The notes under the pieces were generated by a model. That model saw nothing but the letters and a program-made list of their open reading frames with translations. It was not told the DNA's origin and searched no databases. Made by a program: the position numbers and the translations under genes. A stretch of DNA of 64,000 nt from Candidatus Latescibacterota bacterium (lineage in GTDB: Bacteria > Latescibacterota > UBA2968 > UBA8231), in the NCBI GenBank assembly GCA_965204725.1, contig OZ242005.1, positions 480,001-544,000 of the forward strand. Reading direction: 5' to 3'. Positions 37,105-47,087 of the stretch are shown here, one piece after another (positions within the stretch are counted from its first letter, which is position 1; each line of letters begins with the position of its first letter).

Positions 37105-38144
37105 TGCCAATGCAAACGCTCAGATGGCAGGACGATGCGCTGGTCCTGCTCGATCAAACGCGCTTACCCGAAGCGCTGGTGTACGCGACCTATCGCCACG
37201 TCGAAGAGATTGCCGGCGCCATTGAAAGGCTCGTGGTGCGCGGCGCACCGGCCATTGGGTTGGCGGCTGCCTACGGCGTCGTGGTCGGCGCACGTGCCGC
37301 GGTTGATTGCCCCCCCGAGTCCTTTGGCCGCCGCGTGGAAGCGACCATCGCCCGCCTCGCCCGCACCCGCCCCACCGCGATCAACCTGTTCTGGGCCTTA
37401 GAGCAAATGCGGGAGGTGTTGGCGGCGAATCAAGGGCGCGACAACCGCACCCTCTGCGACCTCCTGCTAGCGGCCGCGCATCGCCTCTTGGAGGAAGACC
37501 GCCAAATCTGTCGCCAGATCGGTGCCCACGGCGCGGCCCTCCTGCGCGATGGCAGCCAAGTCATAACCCACTGCAATGCCGGCGGCTTGGCCACGGCCGA
37601 CTACGGCACGGCCTTGGGGGTGGTCTATGCGGCCCAAGAGGCCGGCAAGAAGGTCGCCGTGTTTGCCGACGAAACCCGCCCCTTGCTGCAAGGTTCGCGG
37701 CTGACGGCGTGGGAGCTGATGCAGAGCGGCATCGACGTCAAGGTCATCTGCGACAATGCGGCCGCGGCCGTCCTGCGAAGCGAGGCGATTGACTGCTGCA
37801 TAGTGGGCGCGGATCGCATCGCCAAAAACGGCGATGTGGCCAACAAAATAGGTACGTACGGGCTGGCCATCCTCGCCCGCGAGCACGGCGTACCTTTTTA
37901 CGTGGCCGCCCCGGTCTCGACCCTCGACCTAACCTTGGCCTCGGGCGAGGAAATCCCCATTGAAAAGCGCGACGCCGCCGAGGTGCGCCAAGGCATGGGC
38001 AAGCCCACCGCGCCCGACGCCGTGCCGGTGTACAACCCGGCCTTTGACGTCACGCCCGGCGACTTGGTGTCGGCGATTATCTCGGAAAAGGGCGTCGCCC
38101 GCGCTCCGTACGAACCTGCCCTATGCGCTTGGGTCGAGCCATGA
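37104..38144 (+). CDS. mtnA: S-methyl-5-thioribose-1-phosphate isomerase
   Basis: VRGAPAIG, RPTAINLFWA, THCNAG, DETRPLLQG, NKIGTY, NPAFDVTP. Confidence 0.93.
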   Translation: MPMQTLRWQDDALVLLDQTRLPEALVYATYRHVEEIAGAIERLVVRGAPAIGLAAAYGVVVGARAAVDCPPESFGRRVEATIARLARTRPTAINLFWALEQMREVLAANQGRDNRTLCDLLLAAAHRLLEEDRQICRQIGAHGAALLRDGSQVITHCNAGGLATADYGTALGVVYAAQEAGKKVAVFADETRPLLQGSRLTAWELMQSGIDVKVICDNAAAAVLRSEAIDCCIVGADRIAKNGDVANKIGTYGLAILAREHGVPFYVAAPVSTLDLTLASGEEIPIEKRDAAEVRQGMGKPTAPDAVPVYNPAFDVTPGDLVSAIISEKGVARAPYEPALCAWVEP

Positions 38145-38905
38145 AAAGCTATCCGCTCCTATTGCTGGCCCTGCTCGCCACGGCCCATTGCGCGAGTGCC
38201 CCGCGCTGGCGCACGGATTCGGGCGCTGCCGCGCCCCCGAGTAGCGAAGAATTTGACCCGCGCACCCTCGGCGAAGCCCCTTTGCTCATTGAGCCGGTCC
38301 AACGCGAGTCAAAAGAACGCGAAGAACGCGCCCAAACCCCAGCCGAGCCTGCGCCCCCCGCCCCAGACCGCGCTGCGACCGCGAGCACTTCGGTCTATCG
38401 CCTCCAGTTGCTCGCCTTGAGCAACAAAGCCATGGCACGCCAGCGCCGCGTCGAGCTGGAACGTGCGCTCGGGGTGAAGGTGTACCTAGTGGCCCGCAAC
38501 GAACACTCAGTGCTGCAAGCGGGCCAATACCCCACGCGCGCTGCGGCCGCGGCCCTCAAGGAGCAGGTTGCTGCGCTCGGCCCGGATTATGCCGATGCCT
38601 ATGTCGTGGAGGTCCCGGCCGGTGCGCCGACCGAGGCCGCGCCCGGGCCGGAGCCCACCTTTGGCTGGAAGGTGCAAATCGCCCAGTTCCTAGAACACGA
38701 CAAGGCCAGCCGCCTCGTGGCCGACGCAAAAAAGCGCCTGCAACGCGACGACATCAACGTGATCTTTAAGGAACCGTACTACAAGATCGAAGTCGGCAAC
38801 TATCGCACCGAGGCGCGCGCTCAGGCCGCGGCCGAACGGATCGGAGAGTTCTACCCCCTCGCCCTCAAGGTCCGCTCCCAGATTTTCATCTCGCAGGAGG
38901 ACTGA
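38141..38905 (+). CDS. SPOR domain lipoprotein
   Basis: Signal with Cys (TAHC), two SPOR-like repeats (YRLQL, GWKVQI, YYKIEVGNY). Confidence 0.78.
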   Translation: MKSYPLLLLALLATAHCASAPRWRTDSGAAAPPSSEEFDPRTLGEAPLLIEPVQRESKEREERAQTPAEPAPPAPDRAATASTSVYRLQLLALSNKAMARQRRVELERALGVKVYLVARNEHSVLQAGQYPTRAAAAALKEQVAALGPDYADAYVVEVPAGAPTEAAPGPEPTFGWKVQIAQFLEHDKASRLVADAKKRLQRDDINVIFKEPYYKIEVGNYRTEARAQAAAERIGEFYPLALKVRSQIFISQED

Positions 38906-38911
38906 CCCGCC

Positions 38912-40636
38912 ATGCGCTTGTATTGTTGTGTCATCGCCTTGCTGTTCATGGCCTGTGCCCATGGCAAGAGCACCGGACCTGCGGCCTTCGACGAGGCGGC
39001 CCCCCCTATCGTGTCGGTGGATTTGTCTGTGGACCCACCGCCGGATAGGGCCGACTTACGCGCTGTGCGTTGGCACGTGCTCCTCGCCATCGAAAGCCAC
39101 GCGCTCGGGCAGACCCAACGAGCGCAAGCGGCCCTCGACTCGGCCTTTGGCATTCTCGCCGACCTCGACGAGCACGACGCGCTCGTCGATACCGCGCAGG
39201 CCGCCACGCTCGGCGCGTCCATTGAGCGGGCGTACCTCAGCTTGTTGCCGCACTTGGAGCACTTGCCGGCCGACAGCCCCTTGAACGTCCTGCTCGAAGG
39301 GCTATCCGAGGAAAAAATTGAGCACCTGTCGGCCGATGCCAAGCCTGTGGTCCGCATTCGCCAACTCAGCCTCCGTTGCGACATGCCCATTGACGCCAAC
39401 GACCGCGTCGTCGCCAGCCTCCACTTCTTTGAGACGCGGGGTCGCAAGACCTTTGCCACTTGGTTGCAACGCGCTGGGCGCTACCGAGAGCTGATCGTCG
39501 ATATTCTCCAGCGCGAGGGGATGCCCCGCGACCTGTTCTATCTAGCCGTCATCGAGAGCGGCCTCAACCCAAGGGCCTATTCGCGGTCGCAGGCCGTGGG
39601 ATTGTGGCAGTTTATGGCGCATACCGGCCGCATGATGGGCCTTAAACGCACCCATTGGATCGACGAGCGGCGCGACCCGGTCAAGGCGACCGTTGCCGCG
39701 GCCCGATACCTCAAAGGTCTGTACGCCGAGTTCGGCGACTGGCGTTTAGCCTTGGCCGCGTACAACGCCGGCCCGGGCCGAGTCCGCCGCACCATCGCCC
39801 GCGACGGCACCAACGACTACTGGCAACTCAACCTGCCCCGCGAAACGAAAAACTACGTGCCGCTTTTCATGGCCGCGGCCATCATAGCCAAGGATCCACA
39901 ACTTTTTGGCTTTGAGCCTCAAGCCGAAGAGCCAGCCCTTACCTACGATGAAGTCCTCCTGCCCCAAGACTGGCCTTACATCGATCTGAAAGCGGCGGCT
40001 CAACTCTTGGGCATCAGCCGCCGGGTATTGCACGACCTCAATCCCGAGTTGCGCCAAGACATCACGCCGCCGGGGTCTGGTTCGTCTTATGTTTTGCGGG
40101 TGCCGCCGGGCCAAGGCCAGCGCTTGCTCGACCAGTACGCCAGCTTACCCATCCCGCAAAAGGCCGCGGTCCACCAGTACCGAGTGCAACGCGGCGATAC
40201 GATCTCTGATATTGCCCAAGCCTTTGGCGTCTCCACGCGCGTCATTGCCGCGGCCAATACCCTGAGAAACCCCCACTTCATCCGGCCGCGACAACTTCTT
40301 TATATCCCGGTCGCCACCAAGGCCAAGCCAGCTATTGGCAGCCGCGAGACCTACACGGTGAAGCCGGGCGATACCCTGTGGGAGTTGGCTCGGCGCTTTG
40401 CGGTTAGCGTCCCCGACTTACAGGCGTGGAACAGCCTCGAAAAGGCGCTGATTAAACCCGGTCAACAGCTCACGGTGGCCAACAAGCGAGCGCGGATATA
40501 CACCGTGGTCTCGGGCGATACCCTGCACGGCATCGCCCGCAAATTCGGCCTCGCCGCCCGCGATATTGCCCGCCAAAACAACATCGATCTCTCGGAGACG
40601 CTGCTGGCGGGCACGGCTTTGCAGATCCCGCGGTGA
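38912..40636 (+). CDS. mltD: MltD-like lytic transglycosylase with three LysM domains
   Basis: IESG, AVGLWQFM, DERRDP, AAYNAG, LPRETKNYVP; LysM YRVQRGDT/YTVKPGDT/YTVVSGDT. Confidence 0.88.
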   Translation: MRLYCCVIALLFMACAHGKSTGPAAFDEAAPPIVSVDLSVDPPPDRADLRAVRWHVLLAIESHALGQTQRAQAALDSAFGILADLDEHDALVDTAQAATLGASIERAYLSLLPHLEHLPADSPLNVLLEGLSEEKIEHLSADAKPVVRIRQLSLRCDMPIDANDRVVASLHFFETRGRKTFATWLQRAGRYRELIVDILQREGMPRDLFYLAVIESGLNPRAYSRSQAVGLWQFMAHTGRMMGLKRTHWIDERRDPVKATVAAARYLKGLYAEFGDWRLALAAYNAGPGRVRRTIARDGTNDYWQLNLPRETKNYVPLFMAAAIIAKDPQLFGFEPQAEEPALTYDEVLLPQDWPYIDLKAAAQLLGISRRVLHDLNPELRQDITPPGSGSSYVLRVPPGQGQRLLDQYASLPIPQKAAVHQYRVQRGDTISDIAQAFGVSTRVIAAANTLRNPHFIRPRQLLYIPVATKAKPAIGSRETYTVKPGDTLWELARRFAVSVPDLQAWNSLEKALIKPGQQLTVANKRARIYTVVSGDTLHGIARKFGLAARDIARQNNIDLSETLLAGTALQIPR

Positions 40637-40637
40637 C

Positions 40638-41105
40638 ATGAGTGCGGTCCGCCACATCCTCTGGCTGGCACTGGCCTTTATCCTGCAAACCACTTGGGTT
40701 GATTCGCTAAGGGTATGGTCGATCAAACCCGATCTATTGCTCGTGGCGTTGAGCTTCATCGCGCTGCGCCGCGGGCCAGTTGTTGGGGCCTATATGGGGC
40801 TGGGCGTCGGCATCCTCCAAGATATATACCTGCCCGCCGATCTCGGAGTCAACGCGCTCGCCAAGTCGATCATTGGCGCGGGCTTTGGCTACAGTCACGC
40901 CCGCATGGTCGCCGACAGCATTCAAGTCCAGACCGCGCTCATGTTCGGCGCCGTAATCTGCCACGATCTCATCTACTATGTGGGGGCCGGGACCGATCTG
41001 CCCTTTGAGGTGAGCAGCATCTTGGGCCGCGCCGTGTACACGGGCTTGATCAACGCGGTTTTCTTCGCGGGTCTAACTCTTAAACGCCATCTCTTCCCCG
41101 CTTGA
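40638..41105 (+). CDS. mreD: Rod shape-determining protein MreD
   Basis: KPDLLL, GILQD, LGVNALAK; upstream of mrdA. Confidence 0.85.
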   Translation: MSAVRHILWLALAFILQTTWVDSLRVWSIKPDLLLVALSFIALRRGPVVGAYMGLGVGILQDIYLPADLGVNALAKSIIGAGFGYSHARMVADSIQVQTALMFGAVICHDLIYYVGAGTDLPFEVSSILGRAVYTGLINAVFFAGLTLKRHLFPA

Positions 41106-41107
41106 TT

Positions 41108-42877
41108 ATGGAACACCAGCAACAAGATCCGCACCGGCCCCTCAACAGCCTCCTCGTGCCCGTGGTCTTGCTGTTCGCAGTTTTGGTCTTGCGGTTGTTT
41201 TATTTGCAAGTGGTCACCTCAGCCGACTACGCCCGCGAGTCCGAGGAAAACCGCATTGCTCAGCGGCGCGTCAAGGCCCCGCGTGGGCTGATCTACGACC
41301 GCGATGGCCGCATCTTGGCTCGCACCCGGCCATTTTACACCGTCTCCTTGGAGCGCACCACGTCCAAGGATTTCGAAGCGGCCACGGCCGCGTTTACAGA
41401 GGCCATCGGCGACCGCGAACTAGACGGCGAGTACAGCCGCAAATACCGCACCATCCGCCTCAAGCGCGATGTTGACTTTCGCACGGTATCGATCGTAGAG
41501 GAGCGGCTCAAGGCCGACTGGCCCCTGCTCGACATTGAAATCGAGACCCAGCGCTACTATCCCTACGGCACGGCGGCCGCCCACCTCCTCGGTTATATCG
41601 GCATCATCCGCGACCAAGATCTACAGGGCGAGAACGACAACGCCTATGTGCTCGGCGACTTTATCGGCAAGACCGGAATCGAGAAGGTTCACGAGAACAG
41701 CCTGCGCGGCCTCGACGGCATGTTGTACGTCGAGATTGATGCGGCCGGCCGCACGGGCCGGGAGTTTCCAGAGCGCGACCAACTCCCCGTGCCCGGTACG
41801 CCCCTGCACCTGACTGTTGACTTGGAAGTACAACTGGCGGCTGAACGCGCCTTACCCGATAGCTTGGCCGGCGCGCTCGTCGCGCTCGACCCGCGCACCG
41901 GGGCCGTGCTGGCCTTGGCCAACAAGCCGACCTTTGACCCCAACATTTTCGTGTCGTTTCAGGCTCAGAAAGAGCGGTGGCGGGTGCTGCAGAGCAAAGA
42001 TGTGCTGCTCAACCGCGCCTTGCAGGGGCGTTATCCCCCGGGCTCGACGCTCAAGATGGTCAGTGCCATCGCCGCGCTCGAAACAGGGGTCACCGATACC
42101 CTGAGCTTGTTTGAGCCCTGCTATGGTTCGCTGACTGTGGGGCGGACCAAGTTCCGCTGCCACAAGCGGACCGGCCACGGCGGCCTGACCCTCTTAGGGG
42201 CGATCGAGACCTCCTGCAACGTGTACTTCTACCATTTGGCGCGGCTGATGAGCATTGAAACGTGGCACGAGTACGCGGTCAAATTCGGCTTTGGCCAGCC
42301 GACCGGGATCGTCCACCCCGGAGAAGCCGCCGGTCTCCTACCCTCGCGCCAGTACCACCAAGAGCGCGGCGGCTGGTCTTTCGGGCACTTGCTCAACCTC
42401 TCCATTGGCCAAGGTGCCATGCTAGCCACGCCCATTCAAATGGCCCGCTACGTGGCCGCCATTGCCAACGGTGGCTACTTGGTCACTCCCTATATCAGCG
42501 GTGATCCCCCCCCCCGCCAGCGCATTGACGGCATTTCGCCGCGGACCTTCGCCATCGTGAGAAAGGCCATGCGCCGGGTCGTAGCCAGCGAAACCGGGAC
42601 CGGCCGCCGAGCGCGGGTTGACAGCGTCGCGATCGCGGCGAAGACCGGGACCGCGCAAGTGCCCAATCGGGACGACGACGCTTGGATGGTGGCCTTTGCT
42701 CCGTACGAAGATCCCGCCATTGTCATCGCGGCCGTGGTCGAAGGGGGCGGCAGCGGTGGGGAGCGAGTCGGCCCGATTGTGCGCGAGGTCGTCCGCGCCT
42801 TCTGCATCCAAGAGGGCATCATCGAGCCGGAAGCAGCCCAAGCTGATACGCTCTTGGCTAACCACGGGACGCTTTAG
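41108..42877 (+). CDS. mrdA: Penicillin-binding protein 2
   Basis: APRGLIYDR, YPPGSTLK (SxxK), SCNVYF (SxN), KTGTAQ. Confidence 0.93.
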   Translation: MEHQQQDPHRPLNSLLVPVVLLFAVLVLRLFYLQVVTSADYARESEENRIAQRRVKAPRGLIYDRDGRILARTRPFYTVSLERTTSKDFEAATAAFTEAIGDRELDGEYSRKYRTIRLKRDVDFRTVSIVEERLKADWPLLDIEIETQRYYPYGTAAAHLLGYIGIIRDQDLQGENDNAYVLGDFIGKTGIEKVHENSLRGLDGMLYVEIDAAGRTGREFPERDQLPVPGTPLHLTVDLEVQLAAERALPDSLAGALVALDPRTGAVLALANKPTFDPNIFVSFQAQKERWRVLQSKDVLLNRALQGRYPPGSTLKMVSAIAALETGVTDTLSLFEPCYGSLTVGRTKFRCHKRTGHGGLTLLGAIETSCNVYFYHLARLMSIETWHEYAVKFGFGQPTGIVHPGEAAGLLPSRQYHQERGGWSFGHLLNLSIGQGAMLATPIQMARYVAAIANGGYLVTPYISGDPPPRQRIDGISPRTFAIVRKAMRRVVASETGTGRRARVDSVAIAAKTGTAQVPNRDDDAWMVAFAPYEDPAIVIAAVVEGGGSGGERVGPIVREVVRAFCIQEGIIEPEAAQADTLLANHGTL

Positions 42878-42880
42878 CGC

Positions 42881-44119
42881 ATGCGCCTGCTCCGCCAACT
42901 CGACTTCCCGCTCCTAATTGCGACTTTGGCGACCGTGCTGATGGGTATCGTCGCAATCTATAGTGCTACGTATCACAACGACTCGACTGCGGTGCAGAAC
43001 GCGTGGAGTAAGCAGGGCCTATTCGCGATCGTGGCCTTTGGCGTGGCCTTAGCCATCGTCTATATCCCGGAAAAGATCATTTACAGCGTGGCTTATCTGC
43101 TGTACGTGCCCAGCATTGTGAGCCTCGTCGCGGTGTTGGCTTGGGGCACGGGCGACGTTACCCGCTGGTTGCGTCTAGGGCCGTTGATATTGCAGCCTTC
43201 GGAGTTGGTCAAGATCGCGACCATCATCGCGCTAGCGCGCTACTTGAGCGACCGCAGCGTCGAGCGCATGAACTCCTTCGGCGGCTTTCTCGGGGCCTTG
43301 GGCCTCATATTGGTTCCGATCGCCTTGATTGTGCGTCAGCCCGACTTGGGGACCGCAATTTCTTTTGGCGCGCCGTTTTTCCCCATGCTGTATTGGGCGG
43401 GAATGCGCAAGTTCTTCATCTTCCTCGTCATCTCTCCGCTCATCAGCGTCCTCTGCTCTTTAGAGCCCCTGTGGCAAGCGGGCACTCCGTACATCTTCGC
43501 CGCGTTTGTCGTCGGCAGCACCTTCTTGATCCACCATTTTCTGCGCCGGCTCTGGCTGACCATATCCATGGCTTTCGTCAATACCTCGGCGGGTTTGCTC
43601 ACGGTGTACTTTTTGGAGCACTTCCTGCATCCATACCAGAAGGCCCGCATTATGACCTTCTTCAATCCAGAGAGCGATCCGCTCGGCTCCGGGTGGAACA
43701 TCATCCAATCCAAGATCGCCATTGGCTCCGGCGGACTGACGGGCAAGGGCTTTTTAGAAGGAACGCAGACCAAGCACGAGTTTCTGCCAGTGGCCCATAC
43801 GGACTTCATCTTCTCGGTCATTGGGGAGGAGGGCGGGTTTGCCTTGGGCCTGATAGTGCTGAGCCTGTTCTTTTTTCTCATCTACCGGGCGCTGCACATC
43901 GCCTCTGTTGCCAATAATGCCTTTTACAGCCTGACGGCCGTCGGCTTGGCCGCGATGCTGACCTTTCACGTGTTCATCAATATCGGCATGACCATCGGCG
44001 TCATGCCCATCACCGGCCTGCCGCTGCCCTTTCTCAGCTCGGGCGGCTCCTCGCTGCTGTCCAACCTCATCGCCATTGGCCTGCTCCTCCACATTGCCAC
44101 GTACCGCCACGAGTTCTGA
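42881..44119 (+). CDS. rodA: SEDS glycosyltransferase RodA
   Basis: QPSELVK, QPDLGT, QSKIAIGSGG, HTDFIFSVIGEE, TGLPLPFLS. Confidence 0.93.
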   Translation: MRLLRQLDFPLLIATLATVLMGIVAIYSATYHNDSTAVQNAWSKQGLFAIVAFGVALAIVYIPEKIIYSVAYLLYVPSIVSLVAVLAWGTGDVTRWLRLGPLILQPSELVKIATIIALARYLSDRSVERMNSFGGFLGALGLILVPIALIVRQPDLGTAISFGAPFFPMLYWAGMRKFFIFLVISPLISVLCSLEPLWQAGTPYIFAAFVVGSTFLIHHFLRRLWLTISMAFVNTSAGLLTVYFLEHFLHPYQKARIMTFFNPESDPLGSGWNIIQSKIAIGSGGLTGKGFLEGTQTKHEFLPVAHTDFIFSVIGEEGGFALGLIVLSLFFFLIYRALHIASVANNAFYSLTAVGLAAMLTFHVFINIGMTIGVMPITGLPLPFLSSGGSSLLSNLIAIGLLLHIATYRHEF

Positions 44120-45178
44120 ATGCGCGTCGCTAGACAGGCCGTTTGCTGCGCCCTGCTCGGCGCGTTTGTCATCAGCAACCCGCAATGTGGCACCTACCGA
44201 GCCGAGCACGCCCAGCTAGCGCGGGCCTATTTGCTCGATGGCCTCTACAGCCGAGCCTTGGTTGAGACTCGTCGCGCCATCCGTCAAGACGGGCCGGACG
44301 ACCGCTTGCTCCTCATCAGTGCTCTGGCCCGACTGGGGCTAGGCGAGGTGGATGCCGCGCTGGAGTTGGTCGGCCAAGCCATTGCCTTGGCGCCGGACAA
44401 CGACGATCTGTACAGCGCATTGCGCAACATTTGTCAAAGGGAAGAGCGCTACGCCCAAACCGCAGAACTGCTCGCCCTCCTGCGCGCAGACTACGGCCCG
44501 AGCGCGTCGCTGTGGGCGACCGAAGGCTGGCTCCATGCTCGGCAGGAGCGACTCGATGCAGCCATAGAAGCACTGCGCCACGCCATTCAACTCGACGAGC
44601 ATCACCTCTTCGCCCACGCGGAACTCGGCCGCCTCTTGATCTCCGAAGGGCGACTGGCCGAGGCCGAGACCGCGCTCACCGAGGCTGTGCGCCTCCAACC
44701 TGACGACCCCCAACTCGCCCTCGCCTTGGGGGATTGCCAACTCCGCCAAGGGCTTGCTGCCCGGGCCGCTCGCACGTTTGACCACGCACTGAAAGCCGGC
44801 GTCATCAGCGCTGTTGACATCGCCCGCATCTATTACGAGCGCGAGCAACCCGACCGCGCCATTGAATACTACGAGCGCGCCTTGGCCGGTGCGCCAGACG
44901 ACCCGCTGATCCTCAACAATTTGGCTTGGACTTATGCAGAAGAAGGCCGGCGCCTTAGCTATGCCCTCAATCTGTCGATGCGGGCGGTCAAGCTCGATGC
45001 GGAAAGCCCAGTCTATTTGGATACCTATGCGGAATTGCTGCACCTGTTGGGGCGGCATGCGTACGCGGTGGCCATTATGCAGCAAGCCCTCGCGCTTGAG
45101 CCAGCCGATGGCGAGCACCGGGCCTATCTCGAAGGCCAGATGGCAAAATTCCGCCGTGCGCTCGCCGTGCGCCTGTGA
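44120..45178 (+). CDS. Tetratricopeptide repeat protein
   Basis: Multiple TPR motifs, LNNLAW...YLDTY. Confidence 0.82.
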   Translation: MRVARQAVCCALLGAFVISNPQCGTYRAEHAQLARAYLLDGLYSRALVETRRAIRQDGPDDRLLLISALARLGLGEVDAALELVGQAIALAPDNDDLYSALRNICQREERYAQTAELLALLRADYGPSASLWATEGWLHARQERLDAAIEALRHAIQLDEHHLFAHAELGRLLISEGRLAEAETALTEAVRLQPDDPQLALALGDCQLRQGLAARAARTFDHALKAGVISAVDIARIYYEREQPDRAIEYYERALAGAPDDPLILNNLAWTYAEEGRRLSYALNLSMRAVKLDAESPVYLDTYAELLHLLGRHAYAVAIMQQALALEPADGEHRAYLEGQMAKFRRALAVRL

Positions 45179-45179
45179 G

Positions 45180-46208
45180 TTAGGTTCGGTAGTGTTGGTA
45201 ATCGATCTCGAGGTGTTCTAGCTTTGCGTACAGGCTTTTGCGAGACAGACCTACGTCTTCGGCCACTTGCGAAATCACCCCGCGGTGCCGGTGCAGGGCC
45301 TCGCAGAGAAAGTGCCGCTCAAACGAACTCCGCGCTTCTCTAAAACCGCGCCGGCCCCGTTTGGGCTCGTCTTCATCCTTCCAATGGACGATTTCTTCCG
45401 GCACGTCCTCCTTCCGCAACAAGCTGTCGCCGGCAAGGAGAACCATGCGTTCGAGCGCGTTTTCTAATTGCCGCACATTGCCCGGCCACGGATAGGTCAA
45501 GAAGAGCTCTAAGGCCGCGGCGTCGAGGCCGCGAATTTTGCACCTGTTTTGCGCCGCCAAGCGGCGGATAAAGTATTCGATTAACAGGGGAATGTCGCCC
45601 TTGCGCTGGCGCAGCGGCGGCAGCTTTAGCGGCACGACGTTGAGCCGGTAGAAGAGGTCTTCGCGGAAGGTTCCTTTGCAGGTCTCTTCCCATAAATTAA
45701 CGTTGGTCGCGGCAATAACCCGCACATCCACCCGCAAGGTCTCCGTGCCCCCGACGCGCTCAAATTCGCGTTCTTGCAGAACGCGCAACAGGCGCAGTTG
45801 TACGCGCATATCTGCCGCGCCAATCTCGTCGAGAAACAAGGTGCCGCGATCGGCGAGCTCAAAGCGGCCTAGGCGTTGGCGGATCGCGCCGGTAAAGGCG
45901 CCTTTCTCATGCCCAAACAGCTCGCTCTCCAAGACGCCTTCGGGCAGCGAGGCACAGTTGAGCCGCACAAACGAGGCCCTGCGCCTTAGACTGCGCCCGT
46001 GCAAGCGCCGCGCCAGCACTTCTTTCCCCGTGCCGCTTTCGCCGGTGAGGAGCACGGTCGCTGGGGACTTGGCGACCCGGTCCACTTGGGCCAGCAGGCG
46101 GCGGACTTGGGCGTTTTGGGTGATAAACTCGGAATGGTCGGGACCGCGGGGGGAGGACGCACCCATTCGAGCAGTCGCGTCCGAGTTAGCAGACGTACCA
46201 GAATACAC
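45180..46208 (-). CDS. Sigma54-dependent activator (AAA+ and Fis-HTH) lacking an N-terminal sensory domain
   Basis: GESGTGKE, ESELFGHEKGAFTGA, LFLDEI, FREDLFYRL, WPGNVRQLEN; GTG start with GGGAGG RBS leaves only ~30 aa before the AAA+ core. Confidence 0.88.
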   Translation of the reverse strand: MYSGTSANSDATARMGASSPRGPDHSEFITQNAQVRRLLAQVDRVAKSPATVLLTGESGTGKEVLARRLHGRSLRRRASFVRLNCASLPEGVLESELFGHEKGAFTGAIRQRLGRFELADRGTLFLDEIGAADMRVQLRLLRVLQEREFERVGGTETLRVDVRVIAATNVNLWEETCKGTFREDLFYRLNVVPLKLPPLRQRKGDIPLLIEYFIRRLAAQNRCKIRGLDAAALELFLTYPWPGNVRQLENALERMVLLAGDSLLRKEDVPEEIVHWKDEDEPKRGRRGFREARSSFERHFLCEALHRHRGVISQVAEDVGLSRKSLYAKLEHLEIDYQHYRT

Positions 46209-46259
46209 AGAGAACCTCCCTTTCTTTTTCTTATTTGGATATTCAATACATAAGTGAAT

Positions 46260-46287
46260 ATAATACGCCAACAAAGACGATTGTCAA
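46260..46287 (-). promoter_or_regulatory. sigma70-type promoter of the activator gene
   Basis: TTGACA-16-TATTAT on the minus strand. Confidence 0.5.
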
Positions 46288-46310
46288 GAATAACCAATGC
46301 AGATCGGGGA

Positions 46311-47087
46311 TTAGACTAAGATGGAGGGCTTATCGGCGCAGAGCTCGGAAACCAAGCTGTTGTAGTTGTTGGAGCCTCGCGAGGCTGCGTCGTAGAGTGC
46401 GATGGGCTGGCTAAAACCTGGGGCCTCGGCCAAGCTAATGTTGCGGTTGATGATCGTCTGATAAACCTTATCGCCGAAGTGGTTGCGTACTTCTTGGGCC
46501 ACGCGGCGGCAAAGCTGCAAGCGATCGTCGTACAGAGTGAGTAAAACGCCCTCGATTTCGAGGTTGGGGTTGAGATAGCGCCGCACTACGCGGATGGAAT
46601 TGCTGAGATTGCTCACGCCTTCTAGGGCATAATACTCGCACTGCACCGGGATGAGAACGGAATCAGCGGCGCTCAGCGCGTTGATCGTGAGCAAGCCCAA
46701 AGACGGCGGGCAATCAATGAGTACAAATTCGTACTGTTCCTTTACCGGGCGCAGGGCCTCGGCCAGCCGCTTGTCGCGCCCGACGATGGAGCTCATCTCC
46801 ACTTCGGCACCCGCGAGACGGATGTGCCCAGGCACTACGGAGAGGCCCTTTATATAGGTGGGAAAGGTCGCCGAGGAGGCGCTGAGCTGGCCTAGCAAGA
46901 CCTCGTAGGTAGAGGCGTAGTCGCTGCCGAGCTCGGCGTTGCAGCCACTCGTGGCATTGGCCTGCGGGTCTAAGTCGATGAGTAAGGTTCGGAACCCGGA
47001 AAGGGCCAGACAGGCGGCGAGATTGACGGCCGTAGTGGTTTTGCCAACCCCGCCTTTTTGATTGGCGATGGCGATGATTTTGCCCAT
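46311..47087 (-). CDS. parA: ParA/Soj family ATPase (no adjacent parB)
   Basis: [42 protein letters not shown]. Confidence 0.88.
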   Translation of the reverse strand: MGKIIAIANQKGGVGKTTTAVNLAACLALSGFRTLLIDLDPQANATSGCNAELGSDYASTYEVLLGQLSASSATFPTYIKGLSVVPGHIRLAGAEVEMSSIVGRDKRLAEALRPVKEQYEFVLIDCPPSLGLLTINALSAADSVLIPVQCEYYALEGVSNLSNSIRVVRRYLNPNLEIEGVLLTLYDDRLQLCRRVAQEVRNHFGDKVYQTIINRNISLAEAPGFSQPIALYDAASRGSNNYNSLVSELCADKPSILV

